From positions 32,001 to 96,000 of IMG/VR virus record IMGVR_UViG_3300045988_117466: 64,000 bases of DNA; one strand, 5' to 3'. The first letter of the stretch is position 1. Each line of letters begins with the position of its first letter. This DNA comes from a virus. Position numbers and translations under genes: made by a program. Under the pieces are notes generated by a model that did no database searches, was not told where the DNA came from, and saw nothing but the letters and a program-made list of their open reading frames with translations. This document shows, piece by piece, positions 1 to 9,728 of the stretch.

Positions 1-543
1 TGTGGGAATCTAATAGGTATCAGAGGAAGAAACTTAAATGAAGAAGAATTAGCAGCTGGACGAAAATATATGCCAATTACAGTGGAAGGAAAGACTTTGA
101 AGCATAATTTGGGAGATACGCTATATGGATTGTATCAAAATAAAGATGCGATTGTCCGATCTGGAAGATTGTTTTTGGTAGAAAGTGAAAAGTCTGTGCT
201 GCAAATTGAAACAATGTATCCAGATTATAATTATGCATTGGCGGTATGTGGATCAAATCTGACAGATCATCAATGTGAGATTATAAAAAGCTTAGGTGTT
301 GATCGATGTTATATTGCTTTTGATAAGGAATATATCGATCACAAAAGCAAAAGAGCATTGCTGTACTATGAAAAATTGTGCAAGCTTGCTGAGAAACTAA
401 ATCCATATATGTCAGTTTACCTGATTATGGATCGACAGAATTTACTTCAAGAAAAAGATAGTCCTTCTGATAGAGGGAAAGAAATCTTTGAAAAGCTCTT
501 AGATGATAAGATTGAAGTAAAGCCAAAAGAGAGAAAGGAGTAA
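1..543 (+). CDS. DNA primase, TOPRIM-domain C-terminal part; the 5' end lies outside the window
   Basis: Frame 1 is open from nt 1 (CGNLIGIRGRNLNEEE...), so the ATG at 70 is internal. The motif LFLVESEKSVLQ...ALAVCGSNLT...YIAFDKEY matches the DnaG-type TOPRIM pattern (E..., ...D.D). Confidence 0.6.
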   Translation, partial: CGNLIGIRGRNLNEEELAAGRKYMPITVEGKTLKHNLGDTLYGLYQNKDAIVRSGRLFLVESEKSVLQIETMYPDYNYALAVCGSNLTDHQCEIIKSLGVDRCYIAFDKEYIDHKSKRALLYYEKLCKLAEKLNPYMSVYLIMDRQNLLQEKDSPSDRGKEIFEKLLDDKIEVKPKERKE

Positions 544-545
544 CC

Positions 546-761
546 ATGAGAAGATTAGCATTTCTTGATTATGGTACAAAGGTAGTAGATACAGTTACTG
601 GTTATTGCGGTATTGTGACTGCTGCTGCGCATTATTACGACAAGTGCCCGAATCGGTATTACATTGAAGGTATCGACAGTACAGGGAGACCTTGTGGAGA
701 TTGGTTTGATGCAGAAAGATTAGAAGTAGAAGAGGAAGTAAACAATGATAGTCCAAAATGA
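546..761 (+). CDS. hypothetical protein (71 aa)
   Basis: The ATG lies 3 nt after the upstream stop and is preceded by AGGAG. No recognisable motif. Confidence 0.45.
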   Translation: MRRLAFLDYGTKVVDTVTGYCGIVTAAAHYYDKCPNRYYIEGIDSTGRPCGDWFDAERLEVEEEVNNDSPK

Positions 762-1743
762 TTTAATTGAATTGATCAAAGACTCTGTAGTGAATATGAC
801 CAAAGATGAGGCAAAAGAGTCTGGGCTACCGCAGTTCAGTTATTCCAAACTTGATGTATTACACCAATGTAACAGAAGATATAAACTGAAATACGTAGAC
901 AAAAACTATTCAAAAAGTTCAACAATTCCTTTGGAATTTGGTAGTTTATTACATAGAGTTTTAGAAGAAAAAGGAAATATGATTCTCTCTGGGGAAGAAG
1001 TTGATTATGGAAAGCTTAGAGAGATGCTTAATGATGGGGTTCCAGATGAAGAACTCCTTGGAGTTAAGGGTCTTGCAGGTAAATATTTAATGGACTTCTA
1101 TGAGGGAGATAATGCAACTGGAAGGAACTATCCTGAAAAGGCATACTTGTTTGAGACACAGGTATTGCCAAGTAGAATGGAATCAGAAGAATGGCATCCG
1201 ATTTGTACGGAACAGCCATTCTTTTTTAGTTTCGATGGGAAAATCGTTTTACATGGATTCATTGATAGAGTGGATCAGGATGCAGACGGGAATCTAAAAG
1301 TTATTGATTATAAGACATCCAAGAAGATGTTTTCAGAAGACAAATTGAAGACTCCATTACAGATGTTTATATATGATCTGGCCTGTTATGCATTGTTTGG
1401 TAAGATTCCAGTTGCTCACGAGTATGACTTTATTTGTATTGATCAACAAGTAACAGAAGAAGATGGTGTGTGTACAAAAGGCTATTTCAAGAGAGGACTT
1501 AAGAAATTGAGAAACCTTCTTGAACATGAGGAACAGATCACAAAAGATAATGATTTTGCTCCAAATGCAACTCCATTATGTTACTGGTGTGATTTTGCAG
1601 GTCATACACCGAATGCTGATCCAGCGTTGAAAGGTATGTGTCCTTATTATTCTTTATGGACACCTACTCAAAAGACGTTTAAGGTTAATGCTCGGTATGA
1701 AGAGAAACAAGATATTAGTTCAAATAGAAAGTTTATTTTCTAG
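745..1743 (+). CDS. PD-(D/E)XK exonuclease, RecB/Cas4-like, with a Cys cluster
   Basis: HGFIDRVDQDADGNLKVIDYKTSKK is the classic D...(D/E)xK nuclease motif. One N-terminal Cys plus a C-terminal CYWCDF...C resembles a Cas4/AddB Fe-S cluster. Confidence 0.7.
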   Translation: MIVQNDLIELIKDSVVNMTKDEAKESGLPQFSYSKLDVLHQCNRRYKLKYVDKNYSKSSTIPLEFGSLLHRVLEEKGNMILSGEEVDYGKLREMLNDGVPDEELLGVKGLAGKYLMDFYEGDNATGRNYPEKAYLFETQVLPSRMESEEWHPICTEQPFFFSFDGKIVLHGFIDRVDQDADGNLKVIDYKTSKKMFSEDKLKTPLQMFIYDLACYALFGKIPVAHEYDFICIDQQVTEEDGVCTKGYFKRGLKKLRNLLEHEEQITKDNDFAPNATPLCYWCDFAGHTPNADPALKGMCPYYSLWTPTQKTFKVNARYEEKQDISSNRKFIF

Positions 1744-1751
1744 GAGATAAC

Positions 1752-3161
1752 ATGACAGATTTAGAATTTTATTCATTACACAATCATACTGAGTATTCAA
1801 ATATCAGATTAATTGATTGTATCAATAAGATTCCTATGTTAATCAAAAGAGCAGTTAAATTGGGCATGAAAGGAATTGCGATCACCGACCATGAAACATT
1901 AAGTGGTCATATTCAGGCAATGATTTATGTTCGTGATGAGAAAAAGAAAGGTAACATTCCCAAGGATTTTAAATTGATTCTTGGGAATGAAATCTATCTA
2001 GTCAATGGAACTGCAGATTACATAAAGGAAAATTTTAAAGCTGGAGATGGGAAGTTGTTTTATCATTACATTCTTTTAGCAAAGGATGAAATTGGTCATA
2101 GACAGCTTAGAGAATTGAGTTCAAATGCATGGGATAGATCTTTTCAAACAGGAAAAATGACAAGAGTTCCTACTGAGAAATCAGACCTTGAGAAGATCAT
2201 AAGAAAAGAACCGGGTCATTTGATTGCATCGACAGCTTGTTTAGGCGGAGAGCTTCCTACATTGATTATGAAAATGGAAGGAGCTCAAAACGAATTGGAA
2301 TTATATGAAGCCAAATGTAGAATTGATGATTTCGTTCGATGGAACATTGATTTGTTTGGTGAAGATTTCTTCTTTGAAATGCAACCGGGAGCATCTGAAG
2401 AACAAGAAAAGGTTAATAAATGGTTACTTAAATTGTCAAAAGTTTATGGTGTTAAGTGTATCATAACAACCGATTCACATTATTTATCTAAGAATTCTCA
2501 GATGATTCATAAAGCGTATTTGCAAAGTAAAGAGGAAGAAAGAGAAGTAGATGATTTCTATCAGACTACATATTTAATGGAAATTCCAGAAATGTACGAT
2601 TACATGAAGTACTTTGACGAAGAAACTATAGCAGAAGCTATCAACAATACAGCGATCATTGGAAACAAGATTAAAGAGTATTCATTAAGTTGTTCTACGA
2701 TCGTCCCTGAAGCAGAAGTACCAAAATTTGAAGTAGAAAATTACTTTGAAAAATATTATCAGAGATTTACAACACTGCAAGAATACGCAAATAGCAGCAA
2801 CATCTATGACAGATATCTGTTGTACTTAATTGAAAAGGGATATCAGAAGAAAGAAATTCATGCAAAAGTTCGTAGGAATGACTTTACTGAAGAACAGAAA
2901 GTGGAACGAATAGCTATTGAATTACAAGAGATGGCATTAGTTACAGAAAAGATTAAGTCAAGTATTTCTTCCTATTATATATCAACCTTGGAGCTGATCA
3001 ATATTATGTGGGAAGAGGGAGATAGCTTAGTAGGAGTAGCCAGAGGATCGGTTACTGGTATGTATACGATGTACTTAATTGATTTAATACAAATGAATCC
3101 TTTAGATTGGGGATTGCCTCATTGGAGACATATTTCCCATGAGAAAGCAGAGTTATCGGAT
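1752..3161 (+). CDS. dnaE: DNA polymerase III alpha (DnaE-type) exon 1, PHP domain
   Basis: LHNHTEYSNIRLIDC...GIAITDHETLSGH is a PHP motif. The ORF sequence past 3161 looks non-homologous. The exon ends ...ELSD on a U, which can pair as U.G with the intron guide GTCCG (3170-3174). Confidence 0.8.
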
Positions 3162-4191
3162 TTGAAAAAGTCCGCTTATATAGTGATATATATGACAAAA
3201 TGTGGTGAACTTACAAATGTAAGGTGTGCGAAAGTGCTAACGGTATCAGTTAAATAAGGCAAGGCTCGAATACACTGACTAAGAGAACCTACGGTCTTGA
3301 AAGAGATAGCAGGCAATACCGTGCTAAGAATAATGTTAAATCTGTCAAAAGGCAGGTGTTAAGAAATAGAAGATTCAATAAGTTATATTTATTCTATTAC
3401 AAATAAAGTTACAGGATATATTTATGTAGGATCAACATCAAGAAGTGTTGAAGAAAGAACGAATGAACACTTTAGACAAGGAATGTTACAAAAATGTCCT
3501 AATTCAGAATTTTATAAAGATATTCAAAAATATGGAAAAGAAAATTTTGAAATAAAACAATTAGACGAATGCTTTACAAGACATCGTTATGTAATAGAAG
3601 AATATTGGTGGAAGAAATTATATAAAGAAAATTATTTAATGTATGAAATTAAGATGGGAAATAGCCATAGCAAAAATACAAAACAACGGATTGCGATTGC
3701 TAGGAACCGTCAAGACAGAATTGACTTTTATAATTCAGAAGAGTTTAAGGTTAAAACCAGTTTGAAGACTTCAGGAGAATTAAATGGTATGTGGGGCAAG
3801 AAAGATGAACAAGCCATAAACGGAAGAATGATATGTGCATTCCATGATAAAGAACATACACAAGTTTTTAAGATTTTCAATTCTGTAAAGACTGCATTAA
3901 ATTACATAGGCATAAAAGGACATGCTGGGCTGTTAAAAGCTTGTAGAGGAAATGAATTATACCATGGTTACTATTGGACGAAAGAATGGATTGATAGATA
4001 GATTTAACATTATTAAAGTGTAACGACTAAATTGGACAAACTTATAAAACTGTCCTAAGAGGAATAAGGTGAAAGTCCTTATCTGTAGTGCCACACACGA
4101 GAAATCCTTGTATAAGCAAGCCAATGGATTAACATTGGGTGATGAGATAGTCTAGTCCGTACAGAAATATCACGAAAGTGACGGTAGATCG
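3162..4191 (+). mobile_element. group I intron 1 in dnaE, carrying a GIY-YIG homing endonuclease gene
   Basis: P1 pairs exon CGGAU with intron GUCCG. The intron ends in G at 4191, the only in-frame G-preceded junction. The join restores SD|VDIDS, equivalent to the DnaE PDIDIDF motif. It shares GCTAACGGT / CAATACCGTGC core strings with intron 2. Confidence 0.75.
3366..4001 (+). CDS. GIY-YIG homing endonuclease (I-TevI-like), intron-encoded
   Basis: YIYSITNKVTGYIYVGSTSRSVEERTNEH is the GIY-YIG motif, and it lies upstream of the first ATG (3483). A NUMOD-like SHSKNTKQRI segment follows. The frame opens at 3363. The only start-like codon correctly spaced from AGGTG (3354-3358) is ATA at 3366. 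Confidence 0.7.
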   Translation: MEDSISYIYSITNKVTGYIYVGSTSRSVEERTNEHFRQGMLQKCPNSEFYKDIQKYGKENFEIKQLDECFTRHRYVIEEYWWKKLYKENYLMYEIKMGNSHSKNTKQRIAIARNRQDRIDFYNSEEFKVKTSLKTSGELNGMWGKKDEQAINGRMICAFHDKEHTQVFKIFNSVKTALNYIGIKGHAGLLKACRGNELYHGYYWTKEWIDR

Positions 4192-5326
4192 GTTGATATT
4201 GACTCACAAAAGAATCGTAGAGAACAAATTATCTCTGCTGTAAAAGATCGAAAAGGAGAAAGAAGAGTATTAAATTGTTGTACATTCAAAACAGAAGGTA
4301 GCAAATCGGCTATTTTAACTTCATGTAGAGCTTTAGGAATTGATCCAGATACTTCTAGTTATTTGGCTGGAATGGTGCCAGTAACAAGAGGTGCTACATG
4401 GAGTTTACATGATTGTATATACGGAAACGAAGAAAAAGAACGAGAAGCAGTGCCGGGGTTTGAGAATGAAATGAGAAGTCATGATCAATTACTTGATATT
4501 GCAATGGGAATTGAAGGACTAATTTGTGGAAGATCTATTCATGCTTCTGCAGTATATGTCTTTAATGAAGATTTTATTGCTCACAATGCTCGAATGAAAG
4601 CCCCAAATGGAGTGTTAACCACTCAGTTTAATATGGCTGATTCAGATGAGTGTGGTGGGTTAAAGATGGATTTCTTAACGATTGAAGCGCTTGACAAGAT
4701 CCGCCTGACAATGGAACAGCTCATTGATGCAGGGTATATGGAATGGCAAGGATCTTTAAGAGAAACGTATGATAAATATCTTCATCCAGATGTTCTTGAT
4801 TATGAAACTAGAGAAATGTGGGATTGGGTAGCAGAAAACAAAGTTGTGGATCTGTTCCAGTTTAATACACAGACTGGGTTACAGGCCGCAAGGCGTATCC
4901 AACCTCATAGTTTAGAAGAATTGGCTGCAGCAAACTCTATTATGAGACTTATGGTAACAGAAGAGGGAGCTGAACAGCCGATTGATACTTATATTAGATT
5001 TAAAAATGATATTGGCCAATGGTATGACTTGATGAAAACGAAGTATCATTTGACTGATCATGAAATTGAAATTTTAGAGAAATACCTCAAATCCAATTAT
5101 GGTGTAGGTGATACTCAGGAAATTGTAATGGAAATCAGTATGGATAAAGAGATTGCTGATTTTAGTGTTGCTGATAGCAATAAGCTGAGGAAAAGTATTG
5201 CAAAGAAGAAACCAGCTTTACAGCAAGCAATGAAAGAGCAATTTTTTGAGAGAGGAAAAGAAAACCATGCTTCAGATAATCTGTTGAACTACGTTTGGAA
5301 AGAAGTTGTAGGGAAACAGCTTGGGT
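4192..5326 (+). CDS. dnaE: DnaE exon 2
   Basis: VDIDSQKNRREQIISAVKDRKGERRVLNCCTFKTEGSKSAI... matches the polymerase core that follows PDIDIDF. The exon ends ...KQLG plus the first base of a Tyr codon. Confidence 0.8.
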
Positions 5327-5577
5327 TAAATGAAGGCTCAAGTAAAACTCAGGAAACACAAGCAAAAGTGGTGTCTGTTGTATACAGGCTAACGGTGGAC
5401 AACCAGTATTGGTCAATACCGTGCCGAGCTTAATTGAAGGTGTAGAGACTGAAGTAGGCAGAGATTAGCACTGTTGAATGCGCTGAGATAGGGTGATCAA
5501 TGTCTGAAGCAATAAATATGATCACTCAAGATAGAGTCCAATCCCTTTAAAATACTAGGTAACTAGGGGTATTAATG
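5327..5577 (+). mobile_element. ORF-less group I intron 2 in dnaE (251 nt)
   Basis: P1 pairs exon CUUGGGU with intron GCUCAAG (5336-5342), with U.G at the splice site. P10 pairs UGAA with exon-3 UUCA. The terminal base is G at 5577. The join yields GYSFSKNH, the conserved DnaE GY(G/S)FNKSH motif. Confidence 0.7.
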
Positions 5578-7016
5578 ATTCATTTTCTAAGAATCATACC
5601 TATCCATACAGTGCTATAGGATTGCAGGAGTTAAATCTTGCATACCATTATCCGATTATTTATTGGAATACAGCTTGCTTAACCGTAAATGCAGGAGCTG
5701 ATGAAGAATCCAAAGGATCTAAGCAGTCCACAGATTACGGAAAAGTAGCAACGTCTATAGCACAGATGCAGAAGAGAGGTATTAAAATTCAAGCTCCACT
5801 GATTAACAAAGCGGAATTAGGATTTAAAGCCGATGAAGAAAACAATGCAATCTTATTTGCATTAAAGAGTATTTCAGGAATCGGTGATGATGTAGTAGAA
5901 ATTATAAGACAAGCAAGACCATTTTCTTCATTTGAAGATTTTTATGAAAGAATGGTTGCTACAAAGCTGGTCAAAACAGGTCAGGTAATTCAGTTGATTA
6001 AAGCAGGTTGCTTTGATGAATTTGATGAAAATAGAGTAGATTTGCTTTACACGATCGTAAGATTATGTAAATGTAATTTAATCTCAAGTCTGACTAAATC
6101 ACAATTAAATCGTATGCAGGAATTACATTTTACATATCCAGAGCTTAATCTTATTCCAGATGAGGTTTTAGACGGGATTCAAGTATACAATTTCTCACAG
6201 TACGTAAAAGAATTGAAAGTTGTAAAGAAATATATTGATCCATCAAGAAAGATGTTGAAGTGTGGCTATCATGATGAAATCATTGAACTAGACAATAGAG
6301 CAATGCAATTTTTCATAAATCGCTACACAGAAGATTCTATCTATGATGTTAAAGATGAGCATTACTTGATTTACAAAAAGAAATTCAATAAAGAAACTGA
6401 AAAGAAATTAGAACCCCTTAGAGAGTATCTAGCTAGTCCAAACACATTATTAAAATATAATGAAGCTCTTGTGAAAGATGAAGCCAAGAAAGTGGTTACA
6501 GGAACTATATCTCATATGGAAATGGAATCACTGTGTGTTTATGTGCATGAACATGAATTGGCAGACCTTGATAGAGATGAATTTAATATCGTCAATTTCT
6601 TTAATCTTTCAGAAGAACCAGTAGTTGCATCTACGTATAAAAGAAAGGTTAAGAGGGTTGAGAATGGACAAGAGATTCAAGAAGTCAAAGAGTTTCCTAA
6701 GTATTTCATTAGTAAGATCTGGGGAACTGTCTTAGACAAGAATAAGGATCGACATACGATTACATTATTGACCCCTGAGGGAGTTGTAAATGTGAAATAT
6801 ACTAAAGGAGCTTTCCTACATTATAACAAGAAGACCTCAATGGAAGAGTCTTGGTTCAAGAGAGGTCAAATGATAATGGTTACGGGGTATCGCAATGGCG
6901 ATATGTTCAGATGCTATAACTATGGAGACACAATCTTCAAACATACTACATCATTGATTACAAACATCGGAGAGAAAGGAGTAGAGGTAATGACAGAAAG
7001 GATGAGAGAAGCATGA
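5578..7016 (+). CDS. dnaE: DnaE exon 3
   Basis: (Y)SFSKNHTYPYSAIGLQELNLAYHYPIIYW... continues the conserved DnaE region. An HhH-like GIGDDVVEII segment and an OB-like C-terminus follow. The three exons total 1327 codons in frame. Confidence 0.8.
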
Positions 7017-9313
7017 GATGTATAGGAAAAGCAGTTAAAACTATACATAGAAACAATGATTCTTATTTTACAATTGCTTCCTTTGATCTTGTAAAAGAGA
7101 TCGATGGTGAAGTTGAAATTCATCCAATATATAAAACATTTACAGTAGTCGGTATCATGCCATATTTAATGGAAGATGCCGACTATGAAATTTCAGCTAC
7201 AGAAGTAGAAAATAAGAAATATGGAAAGCAGTATCAAGTTAATTCGATCAATTTATATTTACCAAATGGAATTGAGAGTAAAGAAGGTCAAAAAGAATTT
7301 TTAGATATTATCTTTACGAAGCTTCAGGTAAAAGAGATGTATGAGGCATTAGATAATCCATACATGACCTTGAAAGATGGTGACATAGCTTCATTGGTCA
7401 AAGTTAAAAATTGTGGTATGAAGACAGCAGTTGCTTGGATTGATAAGTTCAAAACATATATGCCATTGTCAAATGCAATGAAAGAGCTTAGTGAATATGG
7501 TTTGACAGAAGCGTTATTAAGAAGAATTGTAAATCATTATAAATCGTCCGATATAGCAGTTGAGATTATTCAGAATAAACCATATAAGCTTATTGAAGTC
7601 AATGGTGTTGGATGGCACAAATGTGATGAGATTGCTATGAAAGGTGGCTTAAAGCCTGATTCACCAGAAAGAATTGGTACTTACATATTATATTATCTTC
7701 AAGAGAGAGCGAATGAGGGATATTCATATATTCCTGCGGATGCTAATACAGAGATAGAGAATGGTATTGTCTCAAAAACTCAAAAGCCAATCAATTTTAT
7801 TGATACAATGATAGAGTTTTTTGGAGATGATATTTCAGATGAGGCGCTAAAAGGTGGTTTAGATTATGTAAATGATCAACTATGGTTTAGTGACAATCGT
7901 AGGTTTGTAGGACTAAAAAGGATCTACGATCTAGAAATGAGCGTTGCTGAGAACCTAATTAGGATAAGAGATGGAGAAAACGATTTCAAGTATTCTAATT
8001 GGAAAGACATCATTAAGCAAAAGGAAATTGATCAAGGTTGGGAGTACAATGAACAACAGATTAAAGGTATTAAAGCAGTCTTAGAGAATCAAGTAGTTGT
8101 TATCACAGGTAAAGCTGGTACTGGTAAATCATCAATTGTAGATGCTATGATCGCTGTTTTACAGGGTTATTCATATGCACAAACGGCCTTAAGTGGACGA
8201 GCTGCAGCAAGAATGGCTGAAATTACACATGAAGAAGGATATACAATCCACCGTTTGTTAGGATTTCCTAAAGGAGATCGTGATCACGGTGGTTTTGTTT
8301 TTCATGAAGATAATAAATTACCAAGAGATATTATCATTCTTGATGAAGTGTCAATGGTAGACGGAGAATTGTTTAACAGGCTTGTAAAAGCGATTAAAAC
8401 AGGATCAAAGTTAATCATGTTAGGAGACACAGGACAGCTTGAATGTATTGGTTGCATGAACATAGCGGCTGATTTAATTGCATCAAAGGAAATTGTTTCT
8501 ATTGAATTAAGCCAGATCCACAGACAGGCTGCTAATTCAGGAATTATTACAGAGAGCATAAAAGCCAGAGAGGGTATTCAACTTATCGAAAAAGATTGGA
8601 TTGGAACTGAGGTTAGAGGTAAACTTAATGACTTGGTTTTAGATTGCTTCTCAGATAAAAGTAATACGTTTTATAAGGTAATGCAACATGCTTCATCCGA
8701 ACTTGAAGATGGAACAGACATTATGGATCTTATGGTAATTGCTCCATCGTATAAAAACGAGTCGGGTGTAGACAATTTAAATGCAGCTTTACAATCACTG
8801 TACAATCCAGATAGTCCTGAAAAGAAGGAAGTGTTTGTACAAAAGAGTTCTAAAGCTTGGATACTTCGTGAGGGAGATAAGATAATCAATGTGCAGAATG
8901 ATTATTATGCAAAGAATAAATTTACTGCAGGAATCTTTAATGGAAACATAGGAGTTGTTAAAAACATTGATATAGATGCTAATACAATTGCTGTTGATTT
9001 TCAGGATATTCCGGGGATTATGATTCTTCCAAAGAAAAATTGGAAAGATTTAGAATTAGGGTATGCAATCACTTGTCATAAAGCACAGGGATCTCAGTGT
9101 AAGAAAGTAATTGTTGGATTAGACTTTGGATCATTTATACAGCTTTCAAGAGAATGGGTATACACAGCAATGACAAGAGCTATTGATAAATGTTATATGG
9201 TTGCACAAAACAATGCCCTTAGGTATGCAGTAAGCAAGAATAGTATTTCTGTAAAGAGAACTCATTTAGTAAAGCTGTTGGCCTATAAAGCTGCTAATAA
9301 ATTTTCATTTTAG
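7013..9313 (+). CDS. RecD-like SF1 DNA helicase
   Basis: Walker A ITGKAGTGKSS, Walker B IILDEVSMVD, LGDTGQL, and C-terminal AITCHKAQGSQ...VYTAMTRA. The ATG overlaps the dnaE stop. Confidence 0.8.
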   Translation: MRCIGKAVKTIHRNNDSYFTIASFDLVKEIDGEVEIHPIYKTFTVVGIMPYLMEDADYEISATEVENKKYGKQYQVNSINLYLPNGIESKEGQKEFLDIIFTKLQVKEMYEALDNPYMTLKDGDIASLVKVKNCGMKTAVAWIDKFKTYMPLSNAMKELSEYGLTEALLRRIVNHYKSSDIAVEIIQNKPYKLIEVNGVGWHKCDEIAMKGGLKPDSPERIGTYILYYLQERANEGYSYIPADANTEIENGIVSKTQKPINFIDTMIEFFGDDISDEALKGGLDYVNDQLWFSDNRRFVGLKRIYDLEMSVAENLIRIRDGENDFKYSNWKDIIKQKEIDQGWEYNEQQIKGIKAVLENQVVVITGKAGTGKSSIVDAMIAVLQGYSYAQTALSGRAAARMAEITHEEGYTIHRLLGFPKGDRDHGGFVFHEDNKLPRDIIILDEVSMVDGELFNRLVKAIKTGSKLIMLGDTGQLECIGCMNIAADLIASKEIVSIELSQIHRQAANSGIITESIKAREGIQLIEKDWIGTEVRGKLNDLVLDCFSDKSNTFYKVMQHASSELEDGTDIMDLMVIAPSYKNESGVDNLNAALQSLYNPDSPEKKEVFVQKSSKAWILREGDKIINVQNDYYAKNKFTAGIFNGNIGVVKNIDIDANTIAVDFQDIPGIMILPKKNWKDLELGYAITCHKAQGSQCKKVIVGLDFGSFIQLSREWVYTAMTRAIDKCYMVAQNNALRYAVSKNSISVKRTHLVKLLAYKAANKFSF

Positions 9314-9350
9314 AGAGGTGATTGTATGAATTATCCCTGAAGAAGTTCTT

Positions 9351-9515
9351 ATGTATGATCCATTTTATATTGCTCTAGTATATGATGTCTCATATAAAGA
9401 AGTACAAAAAACATTTAATAACTATATTAAAAAATATGGAAATATGCTTTCTCGTAGAGAAATATATGATCTTGTTTACTCATATGTAAATCTACATAAG
9501 GAAGATATGAAATAA
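9351..9515 (+). CDS. small protein with the KYGN module (outlying member of the 16.0-18.1 kb paralog family)
   Basis: YDVSYKEVQKTFNNYIKKYGNMLSRREIYDLV parallels the N-terminal modules of the tandem family. The properly spaced SD serves the ATG at 9326, which stops after 4 codons (see findings). Confidence 0.4.
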   Translation: MYDPFYIALVYDVSYKEVQKTFNNYIKKYGNMLSRREIYDLVYSYVNLHKEDMK

Positions 9516-9535
9516 TTAAATATTTAAGCAAATTA

Positions 9536-9567
9536 GAACTCGGTGTTAATACATCGGGTTCTTTTTT
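9536..9567 (+). terminator. rho-independent terminator
   Basis: A 10-bp stem (GAACTCGGTG / CATCGGGTTC, two G.U pairs) with loop TTAATA, followed by TTTTTT. Confidence 0.7.
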
Positions 9568-9593
9568 AATTTACAAAGAAAAGGAGAAGAAAC

Positions 9594-9728
9594 ATGACAA
9601 CAGAAACAAAAATCACATTACTAAAAAGCAGAGTAGAACTTTTAAAGAGTAGAGGTACTCAGTGTGGCAGAATCATTGCAAAACTTCAGAGAAAAATTAG
9701 AAGTCTGGAGGGTTGTGTAAATGATTAA
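9594..9728 (+). CDS. hypothetical small protein (44 aa)
   Basis: AAGGAGAAG lies 5 nt upstream of the ATG. The ORF overlaps the start of the next gene. It falls below the ORF-track length cut-off. Confidence 0.35.
   Translation: MTTETKITLLKSRVELLKSRGTQCGRIIAKLQRKIRSLEGCVND

Noticed and set aside
3162-3257. The C-terminal tail of the first polymerase ORF (…LKKSAYIVIYMTKCGELTNVRCAKVLTVSVK), and likewise 5327-5433 and 54186-54233 (minus strand).
   Set aside because: These stretches lie beyond the proposed splice sites and have no similarity to DnaE or TMP sequence. They are best explained as chance read-through into intron RNA.
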